A stretch of DNA of 64,000 nucleotides. It comes from an uncultured Geobacter sp. (GTDB lineage Bacteria > Desulfobacterota > Desulfuromonadia > Geobacterales > Pseudopelobacteraceae). A program made the translations under genes and the position numbers. This document shows positions 28,833 through 35,486 of this stretch, piece after piece (position 1 is the stretch's first letter; each line of letters begins with the position of its first letter). The notes under the pieces were generated by a model. It ran no database searches. It worked only from the letters and a program-made list of their open reading frames with translations, and was not told the origin of the DNA. The stretch spans positions 18,544 through 82,543 of the forward strand of contig CAZZMP010000004.1 of NCBI GenBank assembly GCA_964655435.1, written 5' to 3'.

Positions 28833-29393
28833 TTATGTGAAATCATATTTAAGGAGAATGGCCTCAATATCATCTTTATGTAAGGTGTTGTCTTTAGAGG
28901 CTGTCATTTTATTGCTTATCTCTTCAATTGCAGCTGAAATGTGCTGATCTTTCATCAAGGTAAAGAGAGCCTCAGTCATACACTGAATATCAATATCTAA
29001 CTCTAGCAACTTCACTATGTCTTCCACACGTGACTTATCGGTTCCATCAATGACAACAATATGATTGTTATCAACTATTTCTGGAGTCATATATATTGAT
29101 TCTGCAACACCACCGGCCAAAAGAATAAAACATAAAGAATCAACTAATTCATCAAAATCAGCCAATTTAGCTGGATCTGCATTTTTTCTATAACCAGCCG
29201 TATTATGACATTTGTCTAAATTCAACACGTAGGACGCATCTTTTGAAAATGTGCCATAGTCAATAATAGTACCACCTTCACCGTTTTCAAAGATATGTAC
29301 CGATTTGACTATGAAATTTCTAAGGTGCGCAGCTATCACATGTCCTGCCTCGTGAATCGCAACCGTACGCAGCAATCTTGTTGATTCTGCCAT
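28833..29393 (-). CDS. Standalone HEXXH zinc metalloprotease, FtsH (M41)-like protease domain only
   Basis: 186 aa. RTVAIHEAGHVIAAH, then LAGGVAESIY and DGTDKSRVEDIV, in the order seen in the FtsH protease domain. No AAA+ module and no TM. SD AGGAGTG present. Confidence 0.65.
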   Translation of the reverse strand: MAESTRLLRTVAIHEAGHVIAAHLRNFIVKSVHIFENGEGGTIIDYGTFSKDASYVLNLDKCHNTAGYRKNADPAKLADFDELVDSLCFILLAGGVAESIYMTPEIVDNNHIVVIDGTDKSRVEDIVKLLELDIDIQCMTEALFTLMKDQHISAAIEEISNKMTASKDNTLHKDDIEAILLKYDFT

Positions 29394-29479
29394 ATAATTT
29401 TCACTCCTATTTTCAAAAAGTGTTTACAAAAGTAAATTTGCTGTGCAAGTAATTCACTAACCGCATTCCACCCACAAAG

Positions 29480-30465
29480 TCAATCCGATTCTGAAGTTAA
29501 AAAGGGAGCCCCATTGGGGCGGATGGGAAGCATAGGCAGTGCGTCAGGCATGGCGATATCAGACACGGCTTTATATGGCTGGTTGAGCCATTGTCTGTAA
29601 GCCTGCCTATGCTGGGAGGGCGGGGGATCATGATTCGCAAAGCGCAACTATTGATTTATGTTTAAGCTGTCGTGTTGGCATTATCAACACGACAGCATCA
29701 AAAGCAATCGGGAGCGTGGTTTGCAAAGGGTATGCGTGAATCCATTTTGGTAACTGTCCGCAATCGCCTTTATCATGGCGGACAGTTGCTTTTACCAAAA
29801 TGAGATGAACCGATGGAGGGTCGGCCAGAAGCAGCAACTCCCCCCAAGAGTGCCCTTCCCCCCTTTGGGAGTTAAGGTTCGGGGGGGATGCCGGGGATGG
29901 GGGGTGTCCAGAGGGGGGAAGGGACGGCGGGGGGTGCTGGCATAGCCTTTGCTGCTCCCTACATATTTCTTTTCGTCTTTCATACTCACTGACAGGGTTA
30001 ATTGTGCATTTTTGGATGCACAAAATTTATCGTCTTTGTTTCTGTCCTGCAATACGTGGTTTCATACGTTTTGCAGGGTGTCTTTATGCCTTTAGGGTGC
30101 AATACGACACATGCAAGGGACGTGAACGGCTGAACACCAGTGATTTTGTTTCATACTGGTGAGCAGACGGGCACTAACCTTGTCGGGTGGCGTGTTGCGC
30201 CTGCCTCTGTCCTGTAATATGCAGACTCATCGCATTTTACAGGGCGTTTCAGGTTTGGTGAACATGACGCAGCTGGAATGAAACGAAGGGTTATCCGAAA
30301 TGCACGTTTTTTTGTGCATGTAGGATAGTCCCGAAGTGGAATGGAACGCAGTGTGATGTGAATGCCTTTCTACTCTGTCACGATCAAGGGAGGGAGTGGA
30401 GAGCCCGCGCAAAGGTTTTATTGCGGGCGAATACACGAACCGGAATACCTACAATGCTGCATGTT
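29480..30465. other. ORF-free, GC-rich, hairpin-dense region (candidate structured RNA, replication/transfer origin, or protein-binding array)
   Basis: At least 10 stems of 6-12 bp: 29529-39/29603-13, 29666-77/29685-96, 29743-29802 composite, 29853-64/29912-23, 30003-09/30016-22, 30046-52/30071-77, 30135-41/30155-61, 30211-17/30237-43, 30300-05/30314-19 and 30403-08/30423-28. The only ORFs are low-complexity Pro/Gly reading artefacts. Confidence 0.5.
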
Positions 30466-30786
30466 TCATTTCAGAAGGGCTTTTGTTATCTTGTAGACCA
30501 ACTTCAATTTCTCCTCGTTTACTCCGTCCAGTAGATCATCAATCTGCTTCTTGTAATTGCTTCTTGATTCAAGATGCGAAAAATCGAACAAATCTTTCAA
30601 CTCTACATGAAATGTCCTCGCTATCGCCTCCAGAGTATCCAGTGACGAAAACGACTTGCCAAGCTCAATCCGACTCATATGCTTTGGATCAACTCCAATG
30701 ATTTCAGAAAGTTGTTCCTGTGAGAGTTTTGTTGTCTTTCTCAGTTCCCTGATACGTGAGCCCAATAATTGATTCGTTGTCACCAT
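30466..30786 (-). CDS. XRE-family HTH transcriptional repressor
   Basis: LLGSRIRELRKTTKLSQEQLSEIIGVDPKHMSRIELGKSFSSLDTLEAIARTFHVEL is a classic Cro/CI HTH_3 pattern. Confidence 0.85.
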   Translation of the reverse strand: MVTTNQLLGSRIRELRKTTKLSQEQLSEIIGVDPKHMSRIELGKSFSSLDTLEAIARTFHVELKDLFDFSHLESRSNYKKQIDDLLDGVNEEKLKLVYKITKALLK

Positions 30787-30790
30787 TTAC

Positions 30791-30823
30791 CCCCATTTAC
30801 ACGGAATTTTCGTGTGAATAGGG
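30791..30823. promoter_or_regulatory. Candidate operator (imperfect palindrome) abutting the XRE start
   Basis: ccccatttacacg-gaatttt-cgtgtgaataggg has 13-nt arms with 11/13 complementary positions. It begins 5 nt upstream of the XRE ATG. Confidence 0.45.
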
Positions 30824-30856
30824 GTTTTCTATAACTACATTAAAAGCCTTCTTTTC

Positions 30857-30884
30857 TTGACAACAAAGGCATTTAGTGTAGTAT
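30857..30884 (+). promoter_or_regulatory. Candidate sigma-70 promoter of the zinc-ribbon operon
   Basis: TTGACA (30857-30862), a 16-nt spacer, then TAGTAT (30879-30884). A perfect palindrome ATTCAAA-T-TTTGAAT at 30956-30970 lies between it and the GTG start. Confidence 0.4.
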
Positions 30885-31050
30885 CGCTGTATTTAATGGC
30901 GAACCTGTATAAAAATATCAACTCAACAGGTAGTTTTTATTATCAATTATCGTGCATTCAAATTTTGAATAGTTGTATTGAGCGAACCCATAATATTTCA
31001 ATGAGTGGATAATGGGTGCTTTCATAATTAATTAAAAGGAGCTATTAAAA

Positions 31051-31992
31051 GTGCTTTGTCCGCTCTGTAAAGAGGAAATAATTGATGGTGCAATAAAGTG
31101 CAAACATTGTGGAGGAATGCTAAACGATCTTTCCGGTAATTCAACTACTGCTCCGTTGACCAGCAAGCCATGCTCGTTCTGTCGTGAACAAATTCACCCT
31201 GAAGCTATCAAGTGCAAATATTGTGGTGCCATGCTTAATCAAGCAATGCCTCAAGGTGTTATGCCGCAATCTATGGGGCAACAGCCTATGTATCAAGGTG
31301 GCTCTGCTGAATATGACGTTCTGTATCCAGGATCGTATGCAATGGCTCGTGTAAGATTGAAACACGGCCAGATGATCAAAGCTGAATCTGATGCAATGGT
31401 GGCAATGAGTCCTACTATTGATGTTCAAGGAAAAATGGAAGGTGGCGTACTTGGGGCACTTGGTAGAAAATTTCTCACTGGTGAAAGTGCATTCATTCAG
31501 ACATTGACAGCAAGCAGAGGTGACGGAGAAGTGCTTCTTTCTCCGGCAACTCCCGGTGATATTCAGATACTGGAATTGAACGGCAGTAATTTTTTCTACG
31601 TACAAAAAGAGGGCTTTCTTGCTGGTGATGCTGGCTTAATCATTGAAACTGCATCACAAGGAATTATCAAAGGTTTGTTGAGTGGTGAAGGTATTTTCAT
31701 TCAACGGATTAGCGGTGTAGGTAAATTTGTGGTTTCAAGTTTTGGAGCAATCCACAAATTGACACTTGCTCCAAATGAAATGATGGTCGTTGACAATGCT
31801 CATCTGGTCGCATGGAGCGGAAGTGTTAGTTATGAAGTAGTACGGGCAAGCAAAGGGATTATGAATACGCTTACATCTGGTGAAGGTCTTGTTTGCAATG
31901 TCAGAGGCCCAGGTGACATGTATATACAATCACGCAATAAAGGCAGCTTCGGTAACTGGATTGCTCAATTTCTACCGAAATCATCAGAATAA
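31051..31992 (+). CDS. Double zinc-ribbon protein fused to an AIM24/TIGR00266 (DUF124)-like domain
   Basis: CPLCKEEIIDGAIKCKHCG and CSFCREQIHPEAIKCKYCG, then a Q/P/M linker. Next comes ARVRLKHGQMIKAESDAMVAMSP...GESAFIQTLTA..GEVLLSPATPGDI...GEGIFIQRISGVGKFVVSSFGAI...VVDNAHLVAW...SGEGLVCNVRGPGDMYIQSR, matching the AIM24 family pattern. Confidence 0.75.
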   Translation: MLCPLCKEEIIDGAIKCKHCGGMLNDLSGNSTTAPLTSKPCSFCREQIHPEAIKCKYCGAMLNQAMPQGVMPQSMGQQPMYQGGSAEYDVLYPGSYAMARVRLKHGQMIKAESDAMVAMSPTIDVQGKMEGGVLGALGRKFLTGESAFIQTLTASRGDGEVLLSPATPGDIQILELNGSNFFYVQKEGFLAGDAGLIIETASQGIIKGLLSGEGIFIQRISGVGKFVVSSFGAIHKLTLAPNEMMVVDNAHLVAWSGSVSYEVVRASKGIMNTLTSGEGLVCNVRGPGDMYIQSRNKGSFGNWIAQFLPKSSE

Positions 31993-31997
31993 CTGAA

Positions 31998-32378
31998 ATG
32001 AGATGCCCCTATTGCATGGAAGAAATACAAGACGGTGCTATTAAATGCAGGCACTGCAAGACGACAATTGTTGTAACAAATCCAATACTGCAAAATACAA
32101 CAAATGTATCGCAATCTCCTATTATTGCAGCATCTGACCAACAAACACCGTGGTTTCAAATTACAACAATGATTACGGGAATCGTCCTTATCATTGTTAT
32201 TTTGATAACTGACCCGTGGGACAAGGATGCAATTATCGGAGGTTTTTCTTTGTGCTCAATACAAATTGCCTTGGGGATCGGTGCAATCAATGTGTCAAGT
32301 CATGGCAGAGGTATGGCGGTTTCAGGATTGGTATTTGGAGTTTTGAGTTTTTTAATAACGTGTGCCATGGCTGCATAG
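31998..32378 (+). CDS. Zinc-ribbon membrane protein (3 TM)
   Basis: MRCPYCMEEIQDGAIKCRHCK, a linker, then three hydrophobic helices. Starts 5 nt after the preceding stop. Confidence 0.65.
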   Translation: MRCPYCMEEIQDGAIKCRHCKTTIVVTNPILQNTTNVSQSPIIAASDQQTPWFQITTMITGIVLIIVILITDPWDKDAIIGGFSLCSIQIALGIGAINVSSHGRGMAVSGLVFGVLSFLITCAMAA

Positions 32379-32411
32379 AATGAATGTATTTCCGAGGAGA
32401 GCATATCTGTA

Positions 32412-32981
32412 ATGATCTGTCCATACTGTAAAGAAGTCATACAAGACGGAGCTATCAAATGCCGTCACTGCGGATCAATTCTGAATACTGCACCCCCGTT
32501 ATCTCAGCCACCACCCTTCCAGAATCATTCAACAACAACCATCAATAATGATGAAATACGTGCATTTACCGGTAACAACTCAACTTACTATATTCAGAAT
32601 TTCGCCAAATTCACAATAGCTGGCACTGAAAACTTCACGATGACATGGAACTGGTCAACGTTCTGCTTCACGTTTTTCTGGATGCTTTACCGAAAAATGT
32701 ACATTCAAGCGGCAATCACTTTTGTCATTTTCTGGCTCCCCGGCATTAACATCATACTTCATATCGTAGCTGGCGTTGTCGGCAATTACCTGTATTACAA
32801 ACACGCCAAAGATAAAATCATTGAAATAAGAGCAATACAACCTCCGCAGACACTCTACACAGTTCTTCAAGAGGTTGGCGGTGTTCATGGCTGGGTAATC
32901 CCAGTTGGAGTAATAGCAGGCAGCATTATTCTTTTCTTAATGTTCTGTCTCATAGTTGCAATGATTGGGTTGTTCAAATAA
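32412..32981 (+). CDS. Zinc-ribbon protein with DUF2628-like membrane domain
   Basis: MICPYCKEVIQDGAIKCRHCG, then YYIQNFAKF...WNWSTFCFTFFWMLYRKMY, as in DUF2628, plus further TM helices. Confidence 0.65.
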   Translation: MICPYCKEVIQDGAIKCRHCGSILNTAPPLSQPPPFQNHSTTTINNDEIRAFTGNNSTYYIQNFAKFTIAGTENFTMTWNWSTFCFTFFWMLYRKMYIQAAITFVIFWLPGINIILHIVAGVVGNYLYYKHAKDKIIEIRAIQPPQTLYTVLQEVGGVHGWVIPVGVIAGSIILFLMFCLIVAMIGLFK

Positions 32982-33014
32982 CTGGAAGTAAATCAATTGA
33001 CAGGAGGTAAAAAA

Positions 33015-33539
33015 ATGGAATGTCCGTTCTGTAAAGAAACAATTCAAGAGGGAGCAATCAAGTGCAGGCATTGTGGATCAATGCTCAATTCGGCACCTAC
33101 GCAACCGCAACAGTCTGGTTATGGCTTTGCAGCACAGCAACAAGCTGCTTCAAACATTGATCAGCTAAATGTGTCAGATGTTTGGAAAACACGATTCAAA
33201 GCTTTTCAAGAAAATGGTCAAGCTGAATCAAGCTGGTATGGATATAAATTCAAATCAAACAATCCAGTATTAGCAATCAAAGGTGGTGCAGTATTCAATA
33301 AGAATAATTATGTCAGTTGGTGTGCCTTCATGTTTTGCGCTCTTTGGTATTTTGTTAAAGGCATGTGGAAAAAAGGAATTGTGTTAGCAATCATTGCCAT
33401 TATCTGTGGAATTATCGGTGAAAGAATTGGTGGCCCATTCTCAACTCTTGGTTATGTAGTCGCTGGAACTATAGCAGCTTACAGCGGGAGTTATGACTAT
33501 TACAAATTGAAAGTTCTGAAACAATCATCTTGGTGGTGA
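33015..33539 (+). CDS. Zinc-ribbon protein with DUF2628-like membrane domain (paralogue)
   Basis: AGGAGG SD before ATG 33015. MECPFCKETIQEGAIKCRHCG, then WCAFMFCALWYFVKGMWKKG plus TM helices. Confidence 0.65.
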   Translation: MECPFCKETIQEGAIKCRHCGSMLNSAPTQPQQSGYGFAAQQQAASNIDQLNVSDVWKTRFKAFQENGQAESSWYGYKFKSNNPVLAIKGGAVFNKNNYVSWCAFMFCALWYFVKGMWKKGIVLAIIAIICGIIGERIGGPFSTLGYVVAGTIAAYSGSYDYYKLKVLKQSSWW

Positions 33540-33551
33540 AAGGATTGACGT

Positions 33552-33800
33552 ATGGCGACATTGCCTCAACCTGAAGAATCAGCACTTAAAATACTTTCTA
33601 TTTTTGTAACTCACTTCAATTGCAGGCCAAATGATGTATTAGCCATAAACAACATACGATCTGCCTGGCTTTCCTCTAAATGGAATATTGATGATCTGAA
33701 AGATGGTATGGAGTATGCCGTTGAACAGGGCTGGGTTGAAATTGTTGACGTTAAGAAAATGTCTTTCAAGCTCACTGATGAAGGATTTAAACAAGCCTAA
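33552..33800 (+). CDS. Small cytoplasmic hypothetical protein (possibly winged-helix-like)
   Basis: 82-aa ORF tightly packed in the operon. Its C-terminal GMEYAVEQGWVEIVD...FKLTDEGF resembles small wHTH proteins. Weak call. Confidence 0.45.
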   Translation: MATLPQPEESALKILSIFVTHFNCRPNDVLAINNIRSAWLSSKWNIDDLKDGMEYAVEQGWVEIVDVKKMSFKLTDEGFKQA

Positions 33801-33846
33801 CAAAGCGTTTATATGAAAAACATATCCATGCAAAGGAGTCTACTAA

Positions 33847-34314
33847 ATGAAAAATTTCTTTAATGTTTTTATCTTGATTGCTTTTTCAGTAATTATCTTC
33901 GGCTGTGACAAAGTGAAAAGTGCTACCGGTGGCGATGTTTCACTTGTAAAAGGCGGTACTCTGGAAATTGATAAAAGCCTTACGGTCGGTCAAGCTGTAG
34001 ATAATTATAAATTCTTTAAAAATGTAAAGTGGGAAGCTTTAAAAACTGATAATGGAAAACGTCTTGTACAAGTCAATGCTGATATTGACATGACTAAATC
34101 GCCTTCCATAAACCCAGAAAAGATGCCAGGAATAAAGTCGATGCAAATGCAATTTCAATTCAAAATCAATACCGACAATACATTTGAGATGGCATGGTGT
34201 GGAGTAGCAATTGAAAAAACCGACGGAACGAAAGTAGACCCTGACCAGAATTGTCGGGTTGATCAGTGTTTGAATAGTTTAAAGGGAATTTACAATAACA
34301 ATCCTGATATTTAA
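33847..34314 (+). CDS. Lipoprotein, unknown function
   Basis: Signal peptide with lipobox IIFGC. Confidence 0.6.
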   Translation: MKNFFNVFILIAFSVIIFGCDKVKSATGGDVSLVKGGTLEIDKSLTVGQAVDNYKFFKNVKWEALKTDNGKRLVQVNADIDMTKSPSINPEKMPGIKSMQMQFQFKINTDNTFEMAWCGVAIEKTDGTKVDPDQNCRVDQCLNSLKGIYNNNPDI

Positions 34315-34326
34315 TCGGAGTTAATA

Positions 34327-35481
34327 ATGAAATGTCCATTTTGTATGGAAGATATTGCTGACAATTCAGAAAAATGTTCTTTGTGTAACAGCGACATTGT
34401 AAAACCATGCCCTTACTGTATGGAGAAGATACAGGCTGATGCTTTGAAGTGTAAACATTGCGGCAGTATGATTAATTCTGCTCAACCAGCAGCACCCCAA
34501 CAGCCGCAATATCAGCAGCCCTCACCAGATTTTCAGCAGAATGCTGCATTGCCATCTGGTATTGCCGGTTGGAGTTGGGGAGCTGCCTTACTCAATTGGA
34601 TATGGGCAATCGGTAATAAAGTTTGGATAGGGCTGCTTGCCATTATACCGGGGATAAACATTGTCATGTTTTTTGTGCTTGGCATGAAAGGCCGAGAGTG
34701 GGCATGGAAAAATGGACAATGGGAAAGTGTAGATCATTTCAATCGTGTGCAGAAAAAATGGTCACAGTGGGCTGTCGGCTTAACCCTTGTTGGTTTTGTG
34801 TTTGGAGTAGTCGGAGCAATCGCAATGCCTCAATTCAATGCTTACAAGACCAAGGGGAATAATGCCGCTGCATTGTCGAGCTTGAAAAATTTGAAGACTA
34901 CTCTTGAAAGCAATTTTGCTGACAAACAAGTTTATCCAGAATCGCTTGAAACCAGTGGTTATAAAATTCCAGATGATGTGTATATGAAGTGTTCAATGAA
35001 TCCGGTTGGCTATGTATGCGTATCCGCCCACAAAAACGGCACAAAAATGTATGTGGTTGACAATAGTAATGCCAAGGTTGATGAGCAATCGTATATTACA
35101 GGTTCACCCGTACAAGTGCCATACGATCCACCAATGCCAGGTTCTGCAAAAGCAGACGAATATTTTCAAAATCAACCTACTGGACAAGTACAGCTAGACG
35201 CAAGCCAACAGCAACCGAATGGACAAATGACTTTCTCTCCCAGCTTTGATTGTACCAAAGCATCAACAGGGCCTGAAAGAATGATTTGCTCAAACAACGA
35301 ATTAGCACAAGCAGACGTACAATTGGCACAGGTGTATAAGGCTGCTTTAAGTAAATCACCAGACAAGGCAGCATTAAAGAAAGAACAAGTGGCTTGGATC
35401 AGAAATCATCGTGACGCTTGTTCTGATGCTTCGGCCATGCTACAAGTCTATCAGGATCGTATTTCGCAATTATCAAGGTAA
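34327..35481 (+). CDS. Chimeric protein: double zinc ribbon + TM domain + pilin-like helix/globular segment + LprI (DUF1311)-like C-terminus
   Basis: CPFCMEDIADNSEKCSLCN and CPYCMEKIQADALKCKHCG. TM block WSWGAALLNWIWAIGNKVWIGLLAIIPGIN. VGAIAMPQFNAYKTKGNNAAALSSLKNLKTTLESNFADKQVYPES resembles the short Geobacter-type PilA helix. The C-terminal FDCTKASTGPERMICSNNELAQADVQLAQVYK...EQVAWIRNHRDAC follows the LprI pattern. Confidence 0.7.
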   Translation: MKCPFCMEDIADNSEKCSLCNSDIVKPCPYCMEKIQADALKCKHCGSMINSAQPAAPQQPQYQQPSPDFQQNAALPSGIAGWSWGAALLNWIWAIGNKVWIGLLAIIPGINIVMFFVLGMKGREWAWKNGQWESVDHFNRVQKKWSQWAVGLTLVGFVFGVVGAIAMPQFNAYKTKGNNAAALSSLKNLKTTLESNFADKQVYPESLETSGYKIPDDVYMKCSMNPVGYVCVSAHKNGTKMYVVDNSNAKVDEQSYITGSPVQVPYDPPMPGSAKADEYFQNQPTGQVQLDASQQQPNGQMTFSPSFDCTKASTGPERMICSNNELAQADVQLAQVYKAALSKSPDKAALKKEQVAWIRNHRDACSDASAMLQVYQDRISQLSR

Positions 35482-35486
35482 CTGAT

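Noticed and set aside
29628-30052. 131-aa and 86-aa minus-strand ORFs rich in Pro/Gly/Ser inside the island spacer
   Set aside because: They are translations of the C/G homopolymer tracts, overlap each other in different frames, use non-ATG starts without an SD, and carry no recognisable motif.
29394-30465. Retron msr/msd, group II intron, RNase P RNA or tmRNA as the identity of the structured spacer
   Set aside because: No reverse transcriptase or intron-encoded protein ORF lies nearby. I see no domain-V-like or GUGYG boundary, no RNase P P4 consensus, and no tRNA-like ends. This rejection is by eye only and should be confirmed with Rfam.
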